Part shown: positions 18,809 through 28,849 of the stretch, in pieces
How positions within the stretch are numbered: the first letter of the stretch is position 1
How the letters are laid out: each line of letters opens with the position of its first letter
Source: Nitrosopumilus sp.
GTDB taxonomy: Archaea; Thermoproteota; Nitrososphaeria; Nitrososphaerales; Nitrosopumilaceae
DNA: 64,000 nucleotides
Assembly: GCA_965249555.1 (NCBI GenBank)
Contig: OZ252243.1
Coordinates: forward strand, 1,600,001-1,664,000
Reading direction: 5' to 3'
Notes under the pieces: model-generated
Told to the model about the DNA's origin: nothing
Seen by the model: the letters and a program-made list of their open reading frames with translations, nothing else
Database searches by the model: none
Made by a program: the position numbers and the translations under genes

Positions 18809-20553
18809 TGAAGATGTATGGTGGTGACTGGCTTACAAATGCTGCATTAATAGGTTATATTAGAATTCAAAAAAATGGAGGGATCAAACCAAAAATTACA
18901 GATGGATATATTGAGATAACAAAAAAAGATTTAGAGTCATTTGCTGACAGATATTTTAATACCGTTTTAGAGCAATACATGCAAAACTCTTTTGTGCTTA
19001 ACAAAAATAATAGAACAAAGATAATTAAAGAATTAGATGATGAAGAATCAAAAAAGATATTCAACAAGAATCTAGATAATTTTTCTAAAAAATATCAAAA
19101 ACTAATAAAACTTGATTATTCATCCTTTAAAAAATCATCAGACGCACAGGTTCGGCTCTTAAAAGAATATCAAAAAGAATTCAAAAAATTCCTTGGTGAT
19201 GTGGAAAAAGAATTCAAGATAAACAAAGCAATCATTACAACAATATTAAAGAAAAATAATGAAAATATTGAAAAAAAGATTGTCACCATAAATGATAAAT
19301 GCTATAAATTTATTCCAGATTCTCTTAAAAGGTTCTACTTTAATAAAAAGATTATTGGAAATCATAACATTTCAAAAAAATCATCAAGATTTGATGAATT
19401 TGAGAAATACTTTGTAATTCCTGCACTATCGCTACTTGAATGTAACCAGAATGATGGACATGTTACCTGTAAGTTATGTAAGCAAAACAAGATAACATTA
19501 ACCTCTTTTAATGACATACTCATCTCAGAAGGAATGTTCTCATCTACAATAGTTTCAAATGGTAAATTTAAAAACTTTTTTTACAACGGTCAATCTGATT
19601 TATTCATATGTAAAGTATGTGAGCTCTTACTGTTATGTACGTGGGCAGGCTTTAATCTTATTCCATTTAATGCAAGAGATGATGTAAACAAGGCAGATCA
19701 AATCTTTGTAAATACATCAGATCTATTCACTACACTAGAGCAAAATGATGTGGTAAAACAACATAATATAAAAAATGATTATTCATTTAAGGAAACCATC
19801 TATAGATCAGTATTCGAAAACATATTACTACAACAACAGAAATTAAAAAGCAAATGGACTATAGATAATTGTTTTTTTGTGGAATTAAAAACCGTATCAA
19901 AAAAGGATAGTGGCAAACCTGATTTTAGATACTTTCATGTTGGTAAAAATATTGCAGAGTTGTTTACCACTCCAAGTATAATATCTGCATTTAAGACTCT
20001 TAACAAATCAACTCTAATAATTAACAAAAAAACAAAAATCAGTTTATCTAATATGGTAATAGATAAAATGTTATCATCTCAACCGTTAATTGATATATTT
20101 TATATTATGTGCAAACAACATATTAACACACACCAAAATCTAACAAAACAACTTTTTAATATATGTTTGATCTCAGCAATAAGAAGTGTTATTAATAAAA
20201 AATTTGGGAGATATTCAATGAGCCAAGATACTGAACTTGATTCAAAAAAGGTTTATGGTATTTTAAAGGGATTACAAAAAGATGGTTATACTCTTGCTAC
20301 AAAACTGGATAATAACAAAGGAAATTCCAACAAATCAAAATCGTTTTCATATGTATTGCTTGAGGCAATAAGAAATAATAATATGAACAAATTCTTTGAT
20401 GTTCTGACAAAACTTTACATAACTAACAACATGCCCATACCAGATACAATGATCTCAATATTAAATAGAAAAGATATCATCACAACATCAGAAAAGTCAT
20501 ATGCATTTATGTCTGGTTTTTGCTCAAATGTAAAGGAGACTACTGATGAATAA
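18808..20553 (+). CDS. cas8: Type I-B large subunit Cas8 (Cst1/CxxC-CxxC type)
   Basis: DWLTNAALIG N-terminus, CKLC...KNFFYN...CKVC, and position between cas6 and cas7. Confidence 0.85.
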   Translation: MKMYGGDWLTNAALIGYIRIQKNGGIKPKITDGYIEITKKDLESFADRYFNTVLEQYMQNSFVLNKNNRTKIIKELDDEESKKIFNKNLDNFSKKYQKLIKLDYSSFKKSSDAQVRLLKEYQKEFKKFLGDVEKEFKINKAIITTILKKNNENIEKKIVTINDKCYKFIPDSLKRFYFNKKIIGNHNISKKSSRFDEFEKYFVIPALSLLECNQNDGHVTCKLCKQNKITLTSFNDILISEGMFSSTIVSNGKFKNFFYNGQSDLFICKVCELLLLCTWAGFNLIPFNARDDVNKADQIFVNTSDLFTTLEQNDVVKQHNIKNDYSFKETIYRSVFENILLQQQKLKSKWTIDNCFFVELKTVSKKDSGKPDFRYFHVGKNIAELFTTPSIISAFKTLNKSTLIINKKTKISLSNMVIDKMLSSQPLIDIFYIMCKQHINTHQNLTKQLFNICLISAIRSVINKKFGRYSMSQDTELDSKKVYGILKGLQKDGYTLATKLDNNKGNSNKSKSFSYVLLEAIRNNNMNKFFDVLTKLYITNNMPIPDTMISILNRKDIITTSEKSYAFMSGFCSNVKETTDE

Positions 20554-21559
20554 ACCAAAGGGCTTAACATTAACAATTCTCTTTGAGGGACAATCCCTTA
20601 ATTATGATGAAGGTTATGGTAATCTATCTATACTTAAAAAAATACACCGTGGAGATGGCAAGACATATACATATTCATCAAGACAGTCAATTCGTTATTC
20701 TATATTTACACAAGGTAAAACAGAATTTGGTTGGACTCCATCAGATGTTATTAACTCTGGTAAGGGTGATTCTACTGTAGTGCAATTAACTTCTGCTGTA
20801 TCTGATAGTGAAGAATCTGATCTGTTTGGTTTTATGAGGACAGATGTAGAGTTACCTAATACTAAACTATTATGTACTAGAACTAGAGTTGCACCTGTAA
20901 AAATAACACCTGCAATATCTTTAGAACCATATGATTCAGATATTGAATTTCTCACAAACAAATATCAAGCCGACAAAAAACAACTACAACCGAACATTGC
21001 AAATATTGAAACCCACAAATCATTGTATCGGTATACGATATGTGTTGATTTACACAGAATAGGTTCTGAGTATGATGATATCTCAAACAAAATTATGCCC
21101 CAGAAAAATTATGAAAAGAATAAAGAAAAATTTGATGCTTATATCGGAAAGATAAGAGAAAATGATATTGGAAACAATGCAAAGTCTGATCGTGTCTGTC
21201 AACTATTAGATGTAATATCTACTCTTTATAGGGATATTAGAGGAAGACGTGAGGATTTGAAACCACTGTTTGTGATAGGTGGTGTTTATGATACACTAAA
21301 TCCATTTTTTGTTAATACTGTATTTGTAAAATGGCAATCTGATAAACCCATCATAAATGTAGATTCTTTAAAGCAACAAATTACTGCAAATAATTCAAAG
21401 ATTGCAAAAGATACGTTTGTTGGTATCCGTAATGGAATGTTTGCAAATGATAATGCTGATCTTGTAGATATGTTTGGTGAGTCTTTAGCAGATAATGTTG
21501 GTTCTCCTGAATCCGTATTTGCACATCTCAAAGATAAAGTATTACAATATTACAGTTAA
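20546..21559 (+). CDS. cas7: Type I-B Cas7 (Cst2/DevR family)
   Basis: SLNYDEG, SRQSIRYSI, DLFGFM, YRYTICVDL and IRGRREDLKPLF motifs. Confidence 0.92.
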   Translation: MNKPKGLTLTILFEGQSLNYDEGYGNLSILKKIHRGDGKTYTYSSRQSIRYSIFTQGKTEFGWTPSDVINSGKGDSTVVQLTSAVSDSEESDLFGFMRTDVELPNTKLLCTRTRVAPVKITPAISLEPYDSDIEFLTNKYQADKKQLQPNIANIETHKSLYRYTICVDLHRIGSEYDDISNKIMPQKNYEKNKEKFDAYIGKIRENDIGNNAKSDRVCQLLDVISTLYRDIRGRREDLKPLFVIGGVYDTLNPFFVNTVFVKWQSDKPIINVDSLKQQITANNSKIAKDTFVGIRNGMFANDNADLVDMFGESLADNVGSPESVFAHLKDKVLQYYS

Positions 21560-21561
21560 TA

Positions 21562-22275
21562 ATGCAAGCATTAAAACTATGTTTATATCAAACTCAGGCA
21601 GTATATCGCAATCCTGTAAGCAGTGAAGTAATAGAGACATATCCACTTCCTCCTCCATCAACTATTTTGGGTCTGATTTCAACTTTGATAAAAAAACCTC
21701 TTGATGTTGGTGATATTAATATAAGCATTGCAGGCAGCTTTGATACGCTGGTACGTGATTATCAGTGGTACAAAAAATATTCAACAACAAAACCATATCC
21801 TATTTTGGTGCATATATTACAAGATGTAAAGCTGACAATACATATCATGACATATGACAATATAGAACTACTAACTAGAATTAAAGATGCATTTGAGCAA
21901 CCCCCTAGTTTTTTATATTTAGGAAGAGCAGAGGACTTAATCAAGGTAGAATCAATAGATCTAGTCAATATAACATTAAAAAAACCATCAGAATTTACAT
22001 CATTTGTAATTGATGAATCAACATACATTGCAGAACATGATCTAAAAAATATACGTGACAAAGGCATTCCATATTGGCTTGCAACTTTCATACATCCTAA
22101 TATCGTTACTGTTGGAAATGGTAAAAAACAGGAATCAAAATTATTACGTAACTTTGATTGGATTTTGTATAATTATTTTGAAAAAAATACATCCGTGGAA
22201 ACTATTGGTGACAGTCAATTATATAATGATGGAGAGCGATATCTTTGGTGGTCTTTGCCAAATCAAACCCAATAA
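21562..22275 (+). CDS. cas5: Cas5
   Basis: TYPLPPPSTILGLI and LYLGRAEDL motifs. Confidence 0.92.
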   Translation: MQALKLCLYQTQAVYRNPVSSEVIETYPLPPPSTILGLISTLIKKPLDVGDINISIAGSFDTLVRDYQWYKKYSTTKPYPILVHILQDVKLTIHIMTYDNIELLTRIKDAFEQPPSFLYLGRAEDLIKVESIDLVNITLKKPSEFTSFVIDESTYIAEHDLKNIRDKGIPYWLATFIHPNIVTVGNGKKQESKLLRNFDWILYNYFEKNTSVETIGDSQLYNDGERYLWWSLPNQTQ

Positions 22276-24476
22276 AAGAACCACAAACATTGTGGACACA
22301 CACAAATCATGTGATCCAAAATGCAAAAAAATTAGAAAAAGAGTATCCAAGACTGGAGTTTTTAGGTGATACTGAACAATATTTTTGGGATGCTCTGAAG
22401 CTTGCATGTATGGCTCATGACATGGGAAAGATTAGTACTCCATTTCAGTATAAAATATGTAAGTCAATAAACAAACAACGTGAGAAACACAATATGGAAT
22501 TATTGTCCGAAGACATGGATTTACTAAAAGCAAAAACACAAAAAATCATAGAGATACCTCATAATATTTTATCACCTGCATTTGTGTTAAAAGAGATAAA
22601 AAGATTTCCAGAAAATATACAGGCTTGCATATGCCAAGCAATTGCATATCATCATAACCGTGGAAAAACCTTTGTAAATAATACGTCATGGCACTATGTT
22701 ATACAGGCAATAAATGCTGACCTCAGACCTGTTGCTGAACAAATAGATGGTATTAAAAATTATTTTTCAGATGAACTTATAGTTGGAGATAAATACAAAC
22801 ATCAATTACTCTATCGTATCTCTAATAATGACATGTTTTATATTATGTTAAAGGGATTTTTACACAGAGCAGACTATTGTGCATCAGCTGATGTACCGAT
22901 ATTAAAGCATGCACCAAACTATACAAAAGAGAAAATAAAAAAACACATACAACAATTCCCAAATCCATGGCAGCTTGATACGTTAAGAAATAATCTTGAT
23001 GAGAACATTATCATGCTTGCAGGAACCGGTATGGGAAAGACTGAATTTGCACTGTATTGGTCTGCTGGTAAAAAGACATTTTACACACTACCAATTAGAA
23101 CTTCAGTAAATGCAATATATGAGAGAGTAAAAAACTCCTTTAAGTTAAATGCAGATGAGGTGGGTCTGTTACATAGCAATGCATCAGAATATCTAAAAAG
23201 CCAAGAAGATAATTCTGAGAACGATAGTATGTCTCAAATATTATCCATTACAGATATTACGCGACAGTTATCAATGCATGTTTCTGTATCTACTGCTGAT
23301 CAGATATTCTCCTCAGTATTTCATTATCCTGGTTATGAGCGAATCCATTCAACTATGGCATACTCTAGAATAATAATAGATGAGCTTCAAGCATACGATC
23401 CTGGAATCATCGCTGCTATACTGCATGGATTAGTTGATTTCTCAAGACTTGGTGCCAAGTTTTGCATAATTACTGCGACCCTACCTGAATTTTGTATAAA
23501 ATATCTTGATGAGAAAATTGGAAATATAACAAAACCAGATAAACAGTACAAAACACATGCCAGACATCAAATAAAGTTAATTGATGATAAGATTGACAGC
23601 ACTCAAGCAGTTGAAATAATTAAGTATCATGCCAAAGATCCAAATAAAAAAATATTGATAATTATTAATACTGTAAAGACTGCAATACAGATGAAAAAAT
23701 TACTGGATAAAGAAGATATTAATGTAAATCTTTTGCATTCTAGATTTACTTTTGAGGATCGAATAAAAAAAGAATCTGATAAAGAGACAGGAATACTATA
23801 TGCAACAAGAGGTGTATGGATTACTACACAAATTGTAGAAGCATCCGTGGACATAGACTTTGATGTCTTAATTACTGAGATATCTACAATGGATTCACAA
23901 ATACAGAGATGGGGGAGAATTTGGAGAAACCGATGTGACAAGTCATACACAATAGATATGCCAAATATCTACATTCTAAGTCAGCCTTCAGATGATGGAT
24001 ATATATACGATAAAGATATAGTGAAAAAGACCTATGATATTTTATCTTCCAGAGAAGGTAAGAAATTATCAGACAAGGAAGCCTATGATATGTTCAACGA
24101 AATATTCTCTGGCGATGCATTGGAGAGTACAAACTATCTTGAATCATTTGAAAAATCAATTAGGATGCTTGAAGAATTAAACTTTGTTGCAGAAAACAAG
24201 AGAGATGCTCAAAAACTATTCAGAGATGTGCCCAACATATCAGTTATACCAAAATCCGTATATGAGAACAACAAAACAGAAATTAATCAAAGTATTATGA
24301 ATCTTCACGGTGGTACTAGGGAAGAAAGAAAAATGGCATTAATGAAAATAAAAAACAAGATTGTATCTATTTCATATCGTGGGAATAATTTACAACTGGA
24401 GACAATTGATCAACAATACAGAATAATGATATCTGATCTTAAATATTCATTTGATTATGGTGTCGAATTATCTTGA
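22245..24476 (+). CDS. cas3: Cas3 HD nuclease-helicase
   Basis: HD (AHDMGK, YHH), GTGMGKTE, IIDELQ, LLHSRF, TQIVEASVDIDFD and QRWGR motifs. Confidence 0.96.
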   Translation: MVVFAKSNPIKEPQTLWTHTNHVIQNAKKLEKEYPRLEFLGDTEQYFWDALKLACMAHDMGKISTPFQYKICKSINKQREKHNMELLSEDMDLLKAKTQKIIEIPHNILSPAFVLKEIKRFPENIQACICQAIAYHHNRGKTFVNNTSWHYVIQAINADLRPVAEQIDGIKNYFSDELIVGDKYKHQLLYRISNNDMFYIMLKGFLHRADYCASADVPILKHAPNYTKEKIKKHIQQFPNPWQLDTLRNNLDENIIMLAGTGMGKTEFALYWSAGKKTFYTLPIRTSVNAIYERVKNSFKLNADEVGLLHSNASEYLKSQEDNSENDSMSQILSITDITRQLSMHVSVSTADQIFSSVFHYPGYERIHSTMAYSRIIIDELQAYDPGIIAAILHGLVDFSRLGAKFCIITATLPEFCIKYLDEKIGNITKPDKQYKTHARHQIKLIDDKIDSTQAVEIIKYHAKDPNKKILIIINTVKTAIQMKKLLDKEDINVNLLHSRFTFEDRIKKESDKETGILYATRGVWITTQIVEASVDIDFDVLITEISTMDSQIQRWGRIWRNRCDKSYTIDMPNIYILSQPSDDGYIYDKDIVKKTYDILSSREGKKLSDKEAYDMFNEIFSGDALESTNYLESFEKSIRMLEELNFVAENKRDAQKLFRDVPNISVIPKSVYENNKTEINQSIMNLHGGTREERKMALMKIKNKIVSISYRGNNLQLETIDQQYRIMISDLKYSFDYGVELS

Positions 24477-24689
24477 TTATCAAATACTGATGAAAACTAG
24501 GGATTTTTTATAAAATTATAAAATATTTATAGAAATAAAGAATTATCTTTGAAAAAATTCATTTTTTGAAATTCCAGCTTGATCCAAAATTGATTTTAAA
24601 GTTCTTGGTAACTCAAGACATCGTCCGGAATATCCGCCTTCTGATGCCTTTTGAAGTATTATTGTAAACTTTTGTGTAACCATTGTTAT

Positions 24690-25839
24690 CTATTTGAGAC
24701 ATGGGCATAATCGATTCTCATTTTTAATCGATTTCTCAAATTATTCAAATAGAAAAAGCCAAGGATCTCATCATGTTTTGTTCATTGGAATGATTACAAA
24801 ACAAATAAAAATACCTAGCAAGATTCTATGTGAGTCATTTCTTATTGGTGTTTTGTATCTGGCTGGAACACTATATCTGTATGAGAATGCAATGAGACGG
24901 GGACTACCATATGTCCATTCGACTGTTCTAATGGTGTAATTATTCATCGTAAAGTCATGGATGAGAATTCCAAGTAACAACACACTGCATTATTTTCTCT
25001 CAATCAAATGTACCAATGACAAATTACTCAAGGTTTGCAGATTAAATCCCTGACAGAAGGACAATTGACAGAAGATTTCAATGCTTGCCAATCAATGAAA
25101 TTATTAGCACTGTAGGAGGTTTGTTTGTCTCAGAAGGATTAGTTAATGGTGAATCAGCATCAGTTGATAGTTCAATGCTAAAAGCTTCAGGTCCAGTATG
25201 GCACAAATCAGACATCAAAAAGAATCACTTACCAATTGCAGGAATTGACACAAATGCCAAGTGGGGATTCTCCAAATCAAAGGGTTGGGCGTATGGATAC
25301 AAACTACACATGAGTTGCAGTACAGGAAGGCTAGTTCCATTATCTGCATGTGTAACTGCTGCAAATGTTCATGATAGCAAGCCATATGAAAAATTGATAG
25401 AGTCACTTTCTGGATTGATGAATAACATATGGTGTGATCCGGCATATGATGATTCCAAACTATACGAGTCAACTAAGAATAATGCCATGAGATTAATCTG
25501 TCCAGTCAAAAAATACCATTCTATGCCCACCAGACCGAATAAAGTTGACAGAGTTTTACAATTCAGCAGTTGGTCAGAAATTATATTCTCAGAGAAAAAT
25601 ATCAATTGAAGCACTCTTTGAGATAATCAAGGATACGTTTAGCATTAGAACAGTTCCAATGAAAGGATTTGAGAACGTACAATCATTCGTGCTGATTTGT
25701 ATGTTGGTGTATCAGTTGGCAGTGTATTATAATTGTGTAATTGGAAGTGAGAATCCAAGGATTGTGAAAAGAATGCTTTGTTGTTAGAGAAAAGTTTTGG
25801 TTTTATTTTTGTAAATCATTATGCCCAAGTCTCATATAG
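24690..25839 (+). mobile_element. Decayed DDE_Tnp_1-type (IS4/IS5/IS982-like) insertion sequence with a frameshifted transposase (pieces at ~24790-24939, 25085-25609 and 25545-25787)
   Basis: 22-bp IRs ctatttgagacatgggcataat / attatgcccaagtctcatatag; 4-bp TSD ttat; VDSS, GYKLH, ANVHD, DPAYD and RKISIEALF motifs split across frames. Confidence 0.85.
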
Positions 25840-25845
25840 TTATAG

Positions 25846-26005
25846 GGTTCTGTCGGGTTATAGGGAGCTGTCATATTGAATTTTCCTTGTAGGGAGAGGC
25901 ATTTTGAATTAGTGTAATCCATTTGTTTCTTCCATCAACTTGTATCAAAGCTTGTTCTGTTGGTGTTTCTCCTTTCAATGCAGGATGTTTCAGTTGATTG
26001 ATATG
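25846..26005 (-). pseudogene. C-terminal remnant of an IS6-like/integrase-core transposase (HPALKGETPTEQALIQVDGRNKWITLIQNA) with a possible IS end ggttctgtc
   Basis: Manual minus-strand translation resembles the H-x-x-L-x-G-x-T-P C-termini of archaeal DDE transposases. Confidence 0.5.
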
Positions 26006-26202
26006 TAAATGTTAAATTGTAACAAATTTTATAATTTTCAAATGAGGGTGATTTTATTAGTATTTGCGTATGAAGGTAGTAATGATGTTAATAGTTATAG
26101 AAGTGCACTTTCTTGGCATTTTAATGATAATTCCCTACTAAAAATTACATCAAATTATCTCACACTTGATGAATTAATTCCAATTTTTCATAGTATAATG
26201 AA

Positions 26203-26394
26203 ATGAAGTTTTTAATTTTATTTACGCTTTTATTTTTAATTGGAATGACATACGTTAGTCAAGATGCGTTTGGAATAGCAGGTTGTGATGTTCCTCACTG
26301 TTATGCTTTAGATCAATCCATTAGAACATCCCCTATTGATGGTATAAAATATCAATTAGATTCTCCTGATCTTTACATGAAGAATAGCATGTGA
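26203..26394 (+). pseudogene. Truncated secreted-protein fragment
   Basis: Signal-peptide-like N-terminus ending DAFG; early stop. Confidence 0.4.
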
Positions 26395-26503
26395 CTAAAT
26401 TCGTAATTTTACTATGGATTATGAAAGTTTAGAATTAAAAGAATTACAACTTACATACAAATCAATAGTCAAGTTAATTAGCGATTTTATCATAAATTAA
26501 AGA

Positions 26504-27841
26504 ATGCTTCCTAGGATTAGTTTTGCTTTTATACTAATAACCATAATTGTATTTTTAATATCCACTCAAAACAGCTATGCCCAGACCTATGAACAAAATA
26601 CCATAACTGGAGATTTGACAAATGATCCTGTTGCACAAGATATTTTACAAAAAATAGAGAAAACAAAGAGATGGATTGAACAAATAGAAAAAAGAGCATC
26701 TGATCAAGCAAAGATAGAAGAAAAGAAAAAACAAGTATTGGCAATACTGGATACAAGGCTGCTGGAGCTAGAGCAAAAGTGGGAACAATTTACCTTTGAG
26801 TACAGACTAGAGGAAATGAGGAAAAAAACTAATCCTGATTATATTGAGAATAATTGGCAAAACAATACTGCCGGTATGAACACTTATCAAAAAATAATAG
26901 ATTCAGGAGGAACTCCAGAAGAGGCAAGAGCTGCAGCTATTCAAATCATTACGAGAATGCATGGTATATTTTTGGATAATCTCAATTACACATATTCCAA
27001 AATTAAGGAAGGTCAAAAGGCTATGAAGTTAGTTCTGGATAGAGGAGGAACTGGAAAGGAAGCACAAACAGCATATGCAAAAGCTGCACAAATGAAGATT
27101 TCAGATCTGATGGCAATAAATGCACTAAACAATGTAAAACACAACATGGCATATTATAATCAACAAATTTTATTTGAAGCAGAAGGTCAATTTAACTACT
27201 TAAAGTCAGGAGAATTTCTACAAGAATACTATCAAGACTATAGAGTAAACCCTGCATACATCTCTGCAAATCCCAAAGACACATCATGGAAAATTATTGG
27301 ACAAACTAATGCAGATACAGAATGCAGAGTTGAACAGGTTCTGGTGCACAGACATCACTCAAACGATTATGTATGTACCACTGAGGCCACTGCTGAGATG
27401 TGGGAAAAATATGATGTAGGAAATAGGATGCAAAATACTCTCAACCCATATAATTTGAACATAGAGCAATTACGTGAGGATCGAATTAATTTAAAAGTTG
27501 AGAATGCATACAAAAAACTAAAATCAATCCATACAAGTCATTTGTATAAAATTACAGATCTAGATAAAAAATACAAAGAAATGTATGCTGAAATAAAGTC
27601 TGATAAACAAAGAGAAGAACAATCAGCTACAAATGATAATCAACTTTTGGAAATTCGTGATAGATACCAGACACTTGTCAATGTGATGGCTCAAGACAAA
27701 GAACATTTTATAAAATTAATTCAAAAATCACAAACAAAATCATATCTGGAACTAATATACCTGTATGAAGATGACAAAGATGTCAAAATAATCTGGAATT
27801 CAGATGAAGCAGATTATAAAGTAATTAGAAAACAAACATAG
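26504..27841 (+). CDS. Secreted helical hypothetical protein (Thaumarchaeota-like)
   Basis: Signal peptide ending SYA; C-x15-C motif (CRVEQVLVHRHHSNDYVC). Confidence 0.7.
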   Translation: MLPRISFAFILITIIVFLISTQNSYAQTYEQNTITGDLTNDPVAQDILQKIEKTKRWIEQIEKRASDQAKIEEKKKQVLAILDTRLLELEQKWEQFTFEYRLEEMRKKTNPDYIENNWQNNTAGMNTYQKIIDSGGTPEEARAAAIQIITRMHGIFLDNLNYTYSKIKEGQKAMKLVLDRGGTGKEAQTAYAKAAQMKISDLMAINALNNVKHNMAYYNQQILFEAEGQFNYLKSGEFLQEYYQDYRVNPAYISANPKDTSWKIIGQTNADTECRVEQVLVHRHHSNDYVCTTEATAEMWEKYDVGNRMQNTLNPYNLNIEQLREDRINLKVENAYKKLKSIHTSHLYKITDLDKKYKEMYAEIKSDKQREEQSATNDNQLLEIRDRYQTLVNVMAQDKEHFIKLIQKSQTKSYLELIYLYEDDKDVKIIWNSDEADYKVIRKQT

Positions 27842-28046
27842 TATGCAACAAAATCACCTACATAATTTTAGGTCTCCACATTACCCAATAGAAACGGGTA
27901 CCATGGATTACACAGAACCATTTTATAAATAAATATAAAAAGAACTAAACCAATCAGTAAACATATTCTGGTTTTATATGATGCAAAACAAACAACTAAT
28001 ACTTTCAGATAGCATGACTAAAATCATGCGTGTTAAGAGATAATGC

Positions 28047-28111
28047 GGGTGCTGATGATGAGCGGAAAAGCCGTCTGATTTTTGATGAGGATTATGAGTA
28101 ATGAAGCATCC
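28047..28111 (+). ncRNA. Box C/D guide sRNA; the D-guide is complementary to a tRNA(CAU) anticodon arm (sR-tMet-like)
   Basis: Terminal stem gggtgct/agcatcc, box C atgatga, box D' ctga (28075-78), box C' tgatga, box D atga (28101-04), two 12-13 nt guides and a T-run terminator. Confidence 0.8.
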
Positions 28112-28159
28112 TTTTTCAACAAATCTGAAAAGTTTGTTGAATTAAATATTTTTTAGATC

Positions 28160-28849
28160 ATGAAGTTAGGTTCTCTTTTTTCAGGTGGAAAAGACAGCAC
28201 TTTTGCTATCTATCTGGCACAAAAACAAGGACATGAAGTTACATGTCTTCTAAGCATTTTTACAAAGTCTGATGAAAGTCATTTACTACATTACCCCAAT
28301 TTACAATGGACAAAATTACAATCCCAATCTATGAACATTCCTCAATTAACCATTAATTCCAAGTCTGATGAAACTGCTGATGAATTATCTGCACTAGAGA
28401 AATTATTACAAAATGCTAAAGATCAATTCCATATTGAAGGATTGGTTCATGGGGGAATCAAAAGCCAGTTTCAAAAAGAAAAATTTGAGTCTCTTTGCTC
28501 AAAATTAGACTTGGTTGCAGTTACACCATTATGGAATACCGAACCAGAACAATACATGAATGATTTACTAGATTCCAATTTTGTTTTTATTATGATAACT
28601 GTATCTTCTGATGGTTTAGATGACACTTGGTTGGGAAAGTTGATATCAAAATCTGATATTACTACTTTGAAGCATTTGTCTGATAAATTTGGATTCAATT
28701 TGAACTTTGAAGGAGGAGAAGCAGAAACATTTGTGGTTGACTGCCCTCTCTTTTCAAAATCGATCAAAATCAACCAAGCCAAAAAAATATGGGATGGATA
28801 TAGAGGAAGGTTTGAAATAATGGATGCTGGATTGAATTACAATGCTTGA
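28160..28849 (+). CDS. dph6: Diphthine--ammonia ligase family PP-loop ATPase
   Basis: SGGKDS and GGEAETFVVD motifs. Confidence 0.88.
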   Translation: MKLGSLFSGGKDSTFAIYLAQKQGHEVTCLLSIFTKSDESHLLHYPNLQWTKLQSQSMNIPQLTINSKSDETADELSALEKLLQNAKDQFHIEGLVHGGIKSQFQKEKFESLCSKLDLVAVTPLWNTEPEQYMNDLLDSNFVFIMITVSSDGLDDTWLGKLISKSDITTLKHLSDKFGFNLNFEGGEAETFVVDCPLFSKSIKINQAKKIWDGYRGRFEIMDAGLNYNA

